Shown: in pieces, positions 28,559 to 42,100 of the stretch
Layout: the number at the start of each line of letters is the position of its first letter
Numbering within the stretch: position 1 is the first letter of the stretch
Assembly: GCA_965153355.1 (NCBI GenBank)
Contig: OZ231126.1
Coordinates: forward strand, 39,060,001-39,124,000
Direction of reading: 5' to 3'
Origin: Flaccisagitta enflata
Taxonomy: Eukaryota
DNA: 64,000 nucleotides
Translations under genes and position numbers: made by a program
Notes under the pieces: model-generated
What the model saw: only the letters and a program-made list of their open reading frames with translations
Databases searched by the model: none
Told to the model about the DNA's origin: nothing

Positions 28559-29117
28559 CAGTAGATCTCGTCTAGACTTGAGATAACGGGGGCAAGCATT
28601 GTGGAAAGAGGAATGAAGGCAGGGGAGCGATATTTTGATCATGTACTAGTAAAAGGATGCTTAATTCCCCATGATAGCTGGTTGCCATGGAAACACATTT
28701 CCATGTGTTCTCGCTAAAATATCAATATTTTGAGAAATTTTTTTAGGGAACATTGCTCAAAATCAAATTTGCTACAACTTTCCCACAGTATGCTCTGTAA
28801 GAATATCGCTCGTTTGGTCGTTGCTAGGGAGCGTATCCATGTGTGACGACCCCTAGCAACCGCTAAACGAGCGACATTCTTACAGAACATACTGTGGGAA
28901 GAGTAACAAATTGATTTAAAAAATGTTCCCTCAAAAAATTTCTCAAAATATTGTTATTTTAGCGAAAATACATAGAAATGCGTTTCCATAGCAACCAGCT
29001 ATCATGGGTAATAAACTATCCCTTTATAAGTCTATGTTTCAAATATCACTCCCCTGGCTTCATTTGTTTTTCCACAATGCTTGCCCCCGTTATCTCAAGT
29101 CTAGACGAGATCTACTG
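28559..29117. mobile_element. Foldback MITE (near-complete ~270-bp-arm palindrome), TA TSD
   Basis: CAGTAGATCTCGTCTAGACTTGAGATAACGGGGGCAAGCATTGTGGAAA is perfectly inverted at the right end. The arms pair to a ~20-bp loop near 28830-28850. TA at 28557-58 and 29118-19. Confidence 0.92.
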
Positions 29118-29555
29118 TATCTGGTCCAAGATATGACCTCGTGATTAAGGCCTTGCGGGTTTGGCCGTGAGCAACCCATTGCATAACGACTTCTGTAGTA
29201 ACGCCTTTTCCGGTATTCGCCATGGTAACGTAACACCATTTTGGAGTCTATATGGCGTTATTTGAGGCGTTATTACTGTTGTCATTGCTGTCATTTTTTT
29301 CCCTCTTTTTTACTCATTATGGATTTTTTGTGATCATTTGAACAAAACCAAAGATAGAAAATGTTATATATTAAATTCATCATTGATAATGATTTTTTTC
29401 ACTTTTCACTTTTCTCTCTTCACTTTTCACTTTTTACTTTTTACTTTTTACTTTTCACTTTTCACTTTTCACTTTTCACTTTTCACTTTTCACTTTTTAT
29501 TTTTCATTTTTCATTTTTCATTTTTCATTTTTTATTTTTTATTTTTTTTTTTTTT

Positions 29556-29596
<41 letters not shown>

Positions 29597-29999
29597 TCTC
29601 GACTTGCATTTATTTGCTTGTTTTTTTTTTCTTATTATCATGTTCAAACTTATTCTTCTCCTCTTTTTTATTCACCTTTTATCTCAGATTTATGTGTTTG
29701 TTTTTTTTTCTTTTTCTTCAATTTTTTTTCTTTTTCTTTTTTCTTCTAAACGAAGTCGCACAATGGCCCGGTATCAAGCATTAGGACACGATACGCGATC
29801 GCTTGTTTTTTCAATATTATGGATCCAGTCACTTAGTAATATAGTTTTATGAACAATTTAAGCCATAAATTGGGCCTGGTAGTCGTAAATGACTTGTAGC
29901 AGCTGGAAATGTACTCCCAAGTCAGGGTATATTTTATACTCAAAATGGTAGTAATATTTAAATCTTTATTAAATTGTGCAGGCTAAACGAATAAAGACA

Positions 30000-32330
30000 C
30001 AAATTCCAGCTTGGCGGCGTTCGATAGATAATAATTAGAAGTATATCTAATAAAATTTTCAAAGATTTTTAGCGAGTAGTTTTGGAGAAAATCAACTTTT
30101 TCTTCAAAAAATTAGATTGAAAATTCGCTTACTTTTCAACAACCTATACCTATAAAAGCAATGTTCGCTTGTGTTCGCGGGATTCAGTCTTTCTGGCCAG
30201 GATATATCTCAACTACAATATATAAGTGTCCTGTAGCCGCATGGCGAGCCATGGCGACTAAGAAACAACCGCAGCAGATGTAGTTTTTTAGCCAAGGGTC
30301 AAATACGGTGGAAATGGTTGTTGTGATTTTTTTTTCATTTTTGCAAAATTCTTACGCCTAAACGACAAAAGACCCAACAACGAGCCTGGAACCATTGGAT
30401 AGACAATATTAAGTAGTTTCTATGTTTAAAATTTCATTGATTTATCTCGAGTATTTTCCGAGAAAATCAATTTTTTCAACAAAAAAATGAGGATAAAAAA
30501 GGCCAAATTATCAACAACCTATACCTGTCAATGCATTGTTCGCACGTGTTCGCGGCATTCGGTCATTTTGGCCAAGATATATCTTAAGTGTAATGTGTAA
30601 GGGTCCTATAGCCTTATGGCGAGCTGTGGCAACCCAGAAGCAACCGCAGCAGAAGTAATTTTATAGGGAAGGGTCAAATTCGCTGGAAATGGTTGTTGTG
30701 ATTTTTTTTTATTTTTGCAAAGTTCTTATGCCTAAACGACAAAAGTCCAACCACGAGTCTGGTACCATTGGATAAACAATATTAAGTAGTTTCTATGTTT
30801 AGAATTTCATTGATATATCTCAAGTATTTTAGGAGAAAATCATTTTTTCAAAAAGGCTAAGTTAATAACAACCTTTACCTGTCAATGCATTGTTCGCTCG
30901 AGTTCGCGGGATTCAGTCATTTTGGCCAAGATATATCTTAAGTGTAATGTATAAGGGTCCCATAGCCTCATGGCATGCTATGACAACCCAGAAACAACCG
31001 CGGCAGATGTACTTTTTGAACCAAGGGTCAAATTCGCTGGAAATGGTTTTTGTGATTTTTTTTTATTTTTGCAAATTTTTTACGCCTAGACGACAAAAGA
31101 CCCAACTATGAGCCTGGAATCATTGGATAGACAATATTAAATAGTTTCTATGTTTAAGATTTCATTGTTTTATCTCTACTGTTTTTCGAGAAAATCAATT
31201 TGTTTTCACAAAAAATCAACGTCGAGAAGGCTAAATTAACAACAACCTGTCCCTCTCAATGCACTGTTCGCTCGTGTTTGTGAGATTCAGTCATTTTGGC
31301 CAAGATATATCTTTATCATAATGTGTAAGGACCTAAAGCTTCATGGCGAGCTGTGGTAGCCCAGAAACAACCGCATCAGAGGTATTTCTAGTTGCGTGCT
31401 ACGCGACTCTACAACCCGCTTTGTCGGTCGGTCCGTTGGTCCGTTGGTCCGTCCATCGGTCCGTCCGTCACACTTTACTTTTTTGGTTTTTTTGCGGTCT
31501 TAAGCCTCACTGCTCCTGCCGGAATGATAAAGCGACCTCAAATATGGCCCCTGCCCACCCGCACGCGACTTAGGTAGCCGTGGATCCGGCCTTGTTGAGC
31601 CAACGGTCAAATTCGCTGAAAATGGTTGCTGTGGATTTTTTTTTATTTTTGCGAAATTCTTACGCCTAAACAACAAAAGACCCTACAACTAGCCTGAAAT
31701 CATTGGATAGACAATATTAAGTAGTCTCTATGTCAACAAGGCCGGATACACGGCAATCCAGTCGCAGACGGTTGGGCAGGAGCAGTAGTGTAAAAACTGC
31801 TCGGAATTAAAAAATGTGACCTACCGACAGACCGACACAGCAAGTTCTAAAGTCCCATGTTCGCGACTATAAATTTCATTGTTTTAACTCAAGTATTTGT
31901 AAAGAAAATCGATATTTTCACAAAGTCAACACCTATAAGTCGCGTGCGAGACTTTCAGACTAAGAATGACTTTGAATGACTTAGAATGACTTTCAATGAC
32001 TTAGAATGACTTAGAATGACCTAAAATGACCAAAAAGGACATAAAATGACTAAAAAACCTAATGACCAAAAATGACTGAAAATAACTTAAAATGACATAA
32101 AATGACTTAAAATGACTTAAAAAGACTTAGAATGAGTTAGAATGAATCAAAATGACCTAGAATAACTATTAATGACTTAAAATGACCCAAGAGTTGACAT
32201 TATATTACAAAAAAAGTGTGACGGACAGACGGACCGACAAAGTGGGGTGTAGTCACGTGCACGCGACTAAAAAGGGCAAAATAAATAACAACCTACACTG
32301 GTCAATGCATTGTTTGCTCCTGTTTGTTGA
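30000..32330. repeat. ~360-375-bp tandem repeat, ~4-5 diverged units
   Basis: ACAACCT...GCATTGTTCGC anchors at ~30139, 30513, 30869, 31243 and 32289. The last full unit is interrupted by family-1 repeats. Confidence 0.85.
31386..31596 (+). mobile_element. Intact family-1 HINE-like repeat inserted in a T-run
   Basis: TAGTTGCGTGCTACGCGACT ... GGTCC repeats ... CCCTGCCCACCCGCACGCGACT ... GCCGTGGATCCGGCCTTGTT. Neighbouring tandem units show the empty site is a T-run with no TSD. Other copies at ~21121, 21781, 27805, 31735, 34319, 35335, 35795 and 62455. Confidence 0.8.
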
Positions 32331-32655
32331 ATGCCCTTGGATGTGAAATTTGAAGTATCTTTATGGGGTCAAGAGAAGCAACATAGGAATTAGAATAATC
32401 ATTTATGCATATTGCTGTAAAAAAGAGAAGCAAAGGATCTGAATAGGACATGCGCCAAGGTATTCTAAATAAAATAATCTAATGATATCATTCTTGAGAA
32501 AACAAAATTGGCTTAAGGAATGTCACATTCTTTCTTTTCATTGAATATTACTACTTGTGATACAAAATTTCTTAACGCAAAGAGTCCGTTGTTTGTAAAA
32601 TGATTAATTGTAAAATCAAATTTGGAGGTGGGAGGGACGGTGGCCACGTTTGACG

Positions 32656-33182
32656 GGCCTGGGAGCTTGATAGGTGGTCATTTAGGGCCAGTGTGAGGGT
32701 GGAAGGTGGTGGTTATGGGTGGATAGAGTTGAGATAGGCCTAGGAGCTTGATAGGTGGTCATTTAGGGCCAGTGTGAGGGTGGAAGGTGGTGGTTATGGG
32801 TGGATAGAGTTGAGATAGGCCTAGGAGCTTGATAGGTGGTCATATAGGGCCAGTGTGAGGGTGGAAGGTGGTGGTTATGGGTGGATAGAGTTGAGATAGG
32901 CCTAGGAGCTTGATAGGTGGTCATTTAGGGCCAGTGTGAGGGTGGAAGGTGGTGGTTATGGGTGGATAGAGTTGAGATAGGCCTAGGAGCTTGATAGGTG
33001 GTCATTTAGGGCCAGTGTGAGGGTGGAAGGTGGTGGTTATGGGTGGATAGAGTTGAGATAGGCCTAGGAGCTTGATAGGTGGTCATTTAGGGCCAGTGTG
33101 AGGGTGGAAGGTGGTGGTTATGGGTGGATAGAGTTGAGATAGGCCTAGGAGCTTGATAGGTGGTCATTTAGGGCCAGTGTGA
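32656..33182. repeat. 81-bp G-rich minisatellite, ~6.5 near-identical copies
   Basis: GGCCTAGGAGCTTGATAGGTGG... recurs at 32737, 32818, 32899, 32980, 33061 and 33142. Confidence 0.95.
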
Positions 33183-34874
33183 GTCGTTATATGCAAAAAT
33201 CGTAACTATAGTGTCTTTGATGCTATTGGGGAATAGCAAAAAACGGGTTTCCGAATTTTCTACGCAATCCGTTGGCCGTGAGAAGGCCAAGGCTTGGCTT
33301 TGCGGCAGATTTATGTGTTTGGTTTTTTTTCTTTTTCTTCAATTTTTTTTCTTTTTCTTTTTTTTTCTATTTTCTTTCTTTCATTTATTTTTCTCTCTCT
33401 TTTTTTCTATTTCTTTTCCTCTCTGGCAAATAACCAAACATCTTTTTGTTACTACATTTACTTAAAAACCCGATATAAACCCGTGATAAACCTGAGAAAA
33501 GGTTTTGAGGTATTCCGAACCCGAACCGAAACCGCTGAAAAAAACGCCATACGCAAGGCCTTACTCGTGATTTACATAAAAGAGATGAGATCAGATGAGA
33601 GGACTTGTCTGAAAACCCATGCCACTTATCTGGCTTGACATAACGTTCTGTTGTAGATGAACAAGTGCAAGGCCGAATACGCGTGCGGTCAGGAGCAGTG
33701 TAGCAGGTGGCCCGGAGTGGCAGACTCCTCAGAATAGCTCGAAACATTTATGCGACTTTCGGACGGACGAACCGATGTACCAAGGGACAGACCAACTGAA
33801 CAAACAGTAGTTTGAAGAGTTGCGTTGCACGTGACTTCAACACTTAGGGTGCTAAAATGTTTGGGAATTTCAACCCAATCTCCAGAAACTCGAAGATTTG
33901 TATTTCCAGAACAAAGTAAGAAAAGAAACAAGGGCATTAGACCAGTGCTGCGTGCGTCGGCTCTTCCAAAAAGAGTCAGACAGACAAACTGACTGACTAT
34001 TCTTTTGAAACAGACCTTTGATCTAACTGTTTACTCCTACAAGTTCCTTCTCTAATGTTCAAAAACCAACAAAACGCGATAAGAAGACTTTAAAACCACT
34101 TAAGTGATGGACAGACAAATGGAAAGATGGGCTCATTGGACTGGTGGACTGAAAAGAAGGAAATTCGAGATTCAAATTGAACAAGTTCATGACAACAACG
34201 TCTTGCGCATAAGAAGTCAAGAACTCTAAAACAAAAAGAACTGATCAATGATTGAAATGCAAAAGTTGGAAAAAGGACAAATTTGTTCAACTCTTTTAAA
34301 ATATCTCCAAAGAAAAAAACAAGTGACGCGGGGTCACAATATCGTTGCGGGCGGGTGGGCAGGGGCATCTAACCCCCATCCACACCCCACGCCCCCCAAC
34401 CTACCCTAAAAAAGATCCAAAACGTTTTTCCACTTTTCGACTCGTGCATTACGGACAGACGGATGGACGGACAGAAAGACGGACAGACCGACGGACGGAC
34501 TGATGGACGGATTGACTGACCAACGGACGGACAGGCGGACAAAGTCTCTAATAGATTTGCGTGTCCGCAACTAAAAAGGAAAGAGGATCCGTGTGAAGAA
34601 GTGACCAACAGATGGATGAACCGACGCGATGGATGAACCGATGGATATGGATGGACCAAAACAGTGATAGCGTAGTAGAGTCGGGTGGTACGGGTATACA
34701 AGGACCAGAGCGTGAGAAGACGGGGAGAAAAATTGTTTGCAAATTAGGGAATAATTTCCGGTTGATATATTTTTGAAGTAAAAAACGTTAATGTGATGAT
34801 GGCTACTAAGAGGAGAGTTTTAAAAGTTGATCTTACGCAATCTTAAACTATTTGCAGAAAATTAGACATAGTTA

Positions 34875-35191
34875 CCATATTTTTTCTATTTAGCGCCCCC
34901 TTCCAATTAGCGCCCCCCAACTCTTTTTCAGAAAAGATTTGGACAAAAATATAGAGTAAAATGATGAAATAACGCAACTCAATGATCTATTTTCACTGAC
35001 TTTCAAACAGATACATGCAATGAATATCTTCATTTTGAGTCAAATTTAGCATTTTGATAGCCTTTCAGGAAAAAAGATGGAATGTATGACAGTTCATCTA
35101 CAATACAAAGGGGGCGCTAATTCAAGGGTTAAAAAGCAAAGTCATATTTCAATTTCAAAAGCGCCCGGGGCGCTAAATAGAAAAAATACGG
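34875..35191. mobile_element. pogo/Tigger-like MITE
   Basis: TIRs CCATATTTTTTCTATTTAGCGCCCC / GGGGCGCTAAATAGAAAAAATACGG, internal TAGCGCCCCC repeats, TA on the left flank. Confidence 0.7.
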
Positions 35192-36356
35192 TTCTCGGGT
35201 ATGTACTTCCGATGGACTCAGAGAGACAAATGAATTGTGGGAGCAAACATTAGAATCTCTGATTTATTTAGAATGATACACCGACTGCATTATCATCTAG
35301 ATAATCATGCAGACGCGGAAAGCGTTGATTAAAAAACAAGGCCGGATACACGGCCACCAGTTGCGGATAGGTGGGCAGGGGCGGAAATGCGCGTTTTCCC
35401 ACTTTTTGACTCAATCATTACGGACCAACGGACGGACCGACAGACGGACCGACGGACGAACGGACAGACAAAGCCTCTTATAGAGTTGCGTGTCCGCAAC
35501 TAAAGATTAAGTCGCATGCAGAGTTGCAGACAAATAGACGGATAAACGGATGGTCCAACAAACCAACAAAGCACAATGTAGAATCTAGAGTCGCGTACAT
35601 GCAACGAAAAATTGATAAGGCAAGGCAAAACCGCGAGTCAAGTTTGACAGATGTTGACACTTGAGTCATCGCTTATTTCTGAGTCGAGGGCGAAAAAAAA
35701 AAAGATAATTGCTCTCCATAACTGCCCTTCACTATTCGCTAACTTCATTTATCTGCCGAAACGGGACAAAACCTATGGACTAACTGATATTCACTTTTGG
35801 TCACGTGCAAGCGACTTTGTAACCCGCTGTTGGTCGGTCAGTCGGTATGTCCGTTTGTCCCTAACGCTTCGCTCTTTCGGCATTCACGGGTAGTTTTTAT
35901 ATTACTACCCCTGCCAAATGCTTGGGTTAGCCTTTTTATCACTGCCCCTGCCCACTCGCACGCGATTTTGGTAGCCGTGTATACGGCCTTGTTTTCACAG
36001 AATCAGCCACAAAAGATTAAAGAATAAAGAATTTCAGTGTGTCACAGGTTCTTATATTGGTTCACACAGCAATAAGAGTGAATGTAACAAACTTTATCGT
36101 AGCCCGCCAGGAGATTCAAAAACATACTGATCCACTCGTCAAAGAATCTTTAGTAAAGATTGTTTACGGAATCTGATCTCATATGAATTGTGCAACATTT
36201 TGTAGTGATTAAAGTAATTATTGAATAGAGAGCTACAAATCATATATACATACAGTAAGCTTATTTAAGCATGGACTAAACAGTAATCATTTTCCAAGTT
36301 TTATTTACACTTTCGTGATCTGCAATCATTTTCTACCAAAACAATCAATGAAAAAC

Positions 36357-38072
36357 TCAGTTGCTTCGAACGAGACGTTTCTTGCGATAGAAGGTAATGA
36401 CTGACATCCCAAGAGCAACCAGCCCTGCAGCAAATACCAAACAAAACACTCCCGCAAAGCTGCCAATCTCAATGGATTGGACGGTTTCCTTGTCCACATG
36501 TTCCTGGTGACTGTTTCCATACTTTCTGGTTATCTGCTCAACGACACCAGAGTGAGTGTACTTCAAAATCAGCTTGCTTACATTTTCAGCGTGCTCCCAA
36601 TCTTTCCTCATGGCGAATCCCTGCGGAATTCTATTGAAGTAGCCATCAAGCGCGTACACAAGATCTTTGACTTCAAGTTTCCGCATTATCAAGTCAACAT
36701 TTGCGTTAGGGACCACCCAGACGCATTTAGACTGGAGCGATTTACTTACGATTTTCGTCCAATTGGGCTTCATTGTAAAGTTGAAATACTTAAGACGTTT
36801 TTCCTTCAACAAATCATTCAAAACGCTGTTGTTGTAATCGGGGAGTACTTTTCTATATTGCATACCGGTACAGACGTTGTAAGAGGAGGCTTGGATATTA
36901 TCTATCGATAAAAGAGGCTTAATGGTCGATTCTTCCGAGAATATCGCGGCTAAATTAGCCGTATAAGTCGCGATGATGATCAAAAGGAGCAAACTCCAAT
37001 ATTGCTGCAACAATTTCCCGCTCATAGATACAGGGTGTCTGTCAGGTCCAAACTGAACGGACGCCAACGAGAAATATGCCAGACTTTCCTGAAGAGTAAA
37101 CTCTTCCCTTGGTTGTTGGGAAGAACCTAAAGGATCCAGCTTTTTACTGAGGATTGACACGCAAGTGAGATTCAATGAGTAAAAGATCCACAACAAGTTA
37201 AAGACGAGCCATACTTGCCAATGGAAAGGTTTCATGAACAGACCGAAATCGAGGCCTCTTCGTTGTTTGAGCATCATAGCCTGGATTCCATCCATGGTAA
37301 AGGCCGGTGTCAGAACGTAACTAAAGAGATAATAGGATGAAAAGTTGAAAATCTGTTAATTCTATAAACATGGAAAAAAAGTTTGTCGGTGAGCTTCTTT
37401 TACCCCTCAAGTATTCCCAGACATTGTTATGAGTCATACCCAGCATGGTGACTCAAATCATCACTCATGTTTTGTGACTTTATAGTAACCTTTACTGTCA
37501 TTTAAGTAGCAATATCCCAACTCGCTGACAATCATTTTTCCAAGATAGCAAAAGGATCTCTAAGCATGTTTGGTCAATCAGTCGGTGACCATATCACTGA
37601 AAAACAAGTACATCAACGGTTTTTGGCTGGCCGGCTGTGTCAGCACTGAAATATTGCTTAACACAGTCAATGATGACCAAGCGACTGACAAGATCACTTT
37701 GATGTTTAAACCCAAAGCGAATCAGCCGCATCAATTTCAAGTTGGAATGACTTACTCAGAAATATCATTTTTGTCCATCTGAATGTCATCCAGTTTTTTT
37801 ATGACTATGTCGACGGATTTGTTTTTGAAAACAGCCAGTGATTGGTCTGGATTAACGAATGCCTTGATTTCATATTTGATATTGAGTTCACGGGCGATTT
37901 GTTTCCACAGATTGATGCAAATTCCACTCGGTTCCCCATTTTCTACAGAAACGCAGTTGTCCCCCGATTCTTCAGTCACTGCGCGCGTTATTTCGGCGGT
38001 AGCCGTTAGGGAGGCCAATGTCAATGTGAAAAATGCTAAAGTTTTTATCATCTTTCTTAGGGCCTCTGTCAT
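36357..38072 (-). CDS. iGluR/IR-like receptor C (exons 38072-37756, 37320-36357; 426 aa)
   Basis: Signal peptide, GICINLWKQIA, the same phase-2 intron, pore SVQFG, ATYTANLAAIF, M4. Closest to B (shared YALDGYFNRIPQGFAM). The joined CDS is 1281 nt and in frame. Confidence 0.92.
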
Positions 38073-38433
38073 TGCACTGCTAACCTTACCTTTTCGGGTA
38101 AGGACAGCGCAATGACATTGTCGTTAAATCAACACAAGGTTCCGGAAAAAAGATATTGTTTGTATTTCCTGTGAATGTAACATGGAGGAACATTGATTGA
38201 TGAGTATTCAGTGTGTTGTAAATAAATGCATCGTCACATGGTCGTGATCGCAAAAGTGCCAATTATTGTATGGTGTGCGTTTATGAGTTTTTTTAAAATG
38301 AGGTGAAATAAAAAAGGAGGTATCAATTGGCTTGCCTGAGGTTGGAGCGGTAAACGACGAAAAGATTCTACAGTACATTGGAAAAAAAAATCATTATCAT
38401 CATCATCAAGCCATTCTTCCATTTTATTTCATC

Positions 38434-38560
<127 letters not shown>

Positions 38561-38579
38561 CCAATTTCAGCAGCATTTT

Positions 38580-39170
38580 TCACGATAGACTAATTGTCGT
38601 CTGATTTTTCCCCCGAAAAAAATCGATAAAAGATATCATCAACGCGATAAAACCAGCGATGAACATCAAAGTGAAGAAGCCCAAAAATGTGAAAAAATTA
38701 ATCGCTGCGCCGAAGTCGTTTTCATTTGACAACGATGGTTGAGGTGTTGTATACTTTCTGACAATCCTATCGATGATCCCCGACTGACTGTATTTATTCA
38801 TCAGCTCGTTGACTTGGTCCACATGCTGCCAATTCTTCTTCATAACAAAACCATTGGAACCGCGACTAAAATATCCATCGAGCGCGTACAATCGATCTCC
38901 ATCATCAAGCTTCGCTTTCAACCATTCTACGATGGAGCTTCTAACGATCCATATTCCTCCGGACTTAAGCGTCTTACCAAATGCTTTGCGCCAGCCATCA
39001 GTGAGGCTCATGTTTAGGTATTTTATACGTCCCCTGTCAATGAGATCGTTTACGACGCTGTTATTGACATCTTTGAGTAGCTGCCCATACCTCACATGTG
39101 CGTACACGGAGTGGTTAGACAAAACGATGTCATCAATCGATCGTAAAGGCTTGGAATTCAAACTTTGAGA
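38580..39170 (-). pseudogene. iGluR/IR-like receptor D, 3' half only (S2 + M4); truncated or mis-assembled upstream
   Basis: SKPLRSIDD...YALDGYFSRGSNGFVMKKNW...M4 is intact. Homology collapses abruptly at ~39170, where TYTANLAA is expected. Confidence 0.7.
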
Positions 39171-42100
39171 GACAATCCAACAGCCCATGCTTAAGCGTAT
39201 GCGTCTAAATCAGGGATGATATCTATTCATTGCTCAATTTATGGGTGAAACAGTTTTGTTTATAAGCTAGTGTATAAAGTCTAACAAAAAATACACACTC
39301 TACAAAGTAAATCCTCCATGAGATCATGAGCCTCTTCCATACTATTGGAGTTGAGATAAAATGAGAGGTCAAACTGTTAGCCAAGGCAAAGGCAGCAACC
39401 TAATTTATATAATGGAAAGGTCTAACGAGAAAAAATCCCCATTTGCTTTATTTCTGTATGATGACCTAAAGTCCATAATTATTGTATCATTCACAGCGTG
39501 AAAGAGGTCTCATTCTGAAGGATTAACAAATTTATGAAGGCTATGTTTTATGAGGTCATTCTGTCTTCAGCCAGCTAAAATCATGTCTTGGTAATATTGT
39601 TTTTATCATTAATCTTTTTTTTTATAGTAAAGCTGTTTGCTTTTATTTGGGATTCAGTGCTATTAATATCAATATCTTAAATTTGATAATCCTCTTAAAA
39701 AAGTAAAATCTTATGTCACCTGATTATACTCAAAGTACAGTGAAAAGAATATCAAAAGTGTCTTCCTTTATGGTCTGTTTTTATTCAATTATGTCCTAAA
39801 AGTTAAGTTCTGTGGTCACTGAGTGTCATTTACAAAATTCCTAACTAGTTGATTAGTCAAATGATGATTATTAGTTTTGACCACTCAAATTAGTATCTTC
39901 TGCTTCAAATCATCTTAATATCTTGAGTATTATGGAAAATTTCATACTCATAATAAAGACAAATTTCTTAAGTTAATTGTGATATAATTCTATTTGGAAT
40001 ATTGATTTTTGAAAAGAGTGACCTAAATATTTAACCCTATTATATTGTGTTATCTGGTCTGGTAAAATTAACATAGGTGGCATTTTAAGTATTAGTTGCC
40101 ACTTTTGCACTCTGTGATCTAAAAAAAAGTATCAAATTTAAATTATAAGACAAATTTATAAACCATTAAGTCATGATTCTATTAATTGTATTTTTATTAA
40201 TGTTATCTGGGTTCTTATGATTTCACTCCTCTAGTTATTGTGAAAACTACTTTAAGACTCTTCTCTATATCTACCAGTTATCCGTTTGTCCGTTTTTATC
40301 TATCAGTCTGTCCATCCCCTTGCTGTTTTTGTTTTGGTAGAGAGGACATGGTATCAATGGTGTTTTTGATAGTTCATTATCTCAATATTCTTAGTCTTTA
40401 TCTACTAAAACCATATCATTAGCCATTCGGGCTCAGGATATTTTACAAACAAAATATACTTTAAACGCTATATGCTGTCTGGTTTTCGTCAGATATTGCA
40501 CGTCAAATGTCGCCACTTCATAACATTTAAGTGAGATGTTTGCATCCACTGAGCGCATAAATATCGTCAATGCGATCATGCGGCCTGTTTCAAAATCTAT
40601 AATCCTCACTTAAATCACTATCATCTCCACAAAAAACAAATGATGAGGAAGTTCTATTCATGGCGACAGTTTTCAGCCATATACATCATTTTTACCTTGA
40701 AAAAGATCTCAATTTATCTGAAGATCAAAAAGAGTAATATTAGAGATTTTATCATCTATTAAACTATTCTCTGTGTGAAAGCATGGTCGAAGTGCAGACG
40801 TGAAATAGATATTGTCTGTATACGTTATTGAGTTTAAGCTTGAGTTAGATAATGTAAAGCCTCTGTAAATAGAAAAAGTTTAGTTATAATAAACCATTAT
40901 ACTGAAATAACAATAGCATAAAATACATGGATGAACTGAATTAAAAGGTATGATAAATTGGTTTTATTGTGCAAGTATTATGTGAATAATAATGCTAGCA
41001 AATCTATAGGGTGAAATGCTAAGCATTATTAACCGGACTAACATAAGAAACACAGCTTGAGAAAAAATGCCATACTCATTTCCCAAGAAATTCTTATCAG
41101 GAACAATTTCTTTCTCTTCAATCTCTTTAATACAAAAATCTGCGTGGGATCTCAAGAAAAGATAATATACTGATATTTTACGTGCGGCCTAAAGGAAGCT
41201 CTGTGTTGGTTGTGCTATCCTCTTATATCTGAGGTAAAGATGAGCACTAGTCATATTTCTCCTCTAAAATAGTCCCAATATCAATAGTAGCTGTGGTATT
41301 GAGATACTCTGCTACTCTTTCCACATACTGCCAGCTGACTCTTCATGGCAATATGTTATAAATGCGACTAAAAGACCTCGAAACATACTATTTTTTATCT
41401 TTTTCGCGATCGCGATTAGCCTCTTTCAGCTGCCATCCAACCATATTCTTAAGTTAATCGATCTGCTGTGCGCTCTGAGTCTCTGAACAGCTAAAATTTG
41501 TTGATTCGATCTTCATTAATAAATCGCGTTATGTATACATTTGATCATGATGGCTTGTTTATAAATATGAGTGTAACGGTTGTTCTAAATGGTAGAATCT
41601 CGTCAGTGTTATATGGATAATTACAATTTGAAAAAATCTCTATGCTATGTTGGCGGTGTGGCTAAACAGCTGATCAAAGTGAAATATTTTTCCAAATTTC
41701 CACAATTACCAAGCTGCAAACAGGTTATTTATCATTCAGTGTGGAGAGATCTTAATTGGCGTCATTACATTTATCAGAAAATAAAATCTTCACCATTGTT
41801 CAAGTCAGTCAGTTTTCTGAAAAATGAAATGATCTAATTAAGTTAAAGTATTAAATGAATCAACATGAGTTTCACGACGACCCAAACCTCATGAATTATT
41901 TGGATGAAGATGAAAGTTTCGTATTTAAAAGCACTTCAGCATGATAACTGATCTCCTTTCTGAAAAGCGGGCATGGAAGTGCTCTCAGTAGTATTTAATG
42001 TCAAATTTAAGATCGTTAAAAAATTAGTGATATTATGAAAAACTTACTGCTGAAAGCGTCGAACGCTTAAATCGCGATGTCACAATCATCAGTGGTAGTA

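Larger units (their letters stand above)
29146..33563. mobile_element. 4.4-kb non-autonomous hAT-like element filled with tandem repeats
   Basis: Perfect 12-bp TIR TAAGGCCTTGCG / CGCAAGGCCTTA and perfect 8-bp TSD CTCGTGAT (29138-29145, 33564-33571). A shared subterminal block CAGATTTATGTGTTTG occurs at ~29686 and ~33306. Confidence 0.88.

Noticed and set aside
32656-33182. CRISPR-like regular array
   Set aside because: Units are head-to-tail identical with no unique spacers, in a eukaryotic context: a minisatellite.
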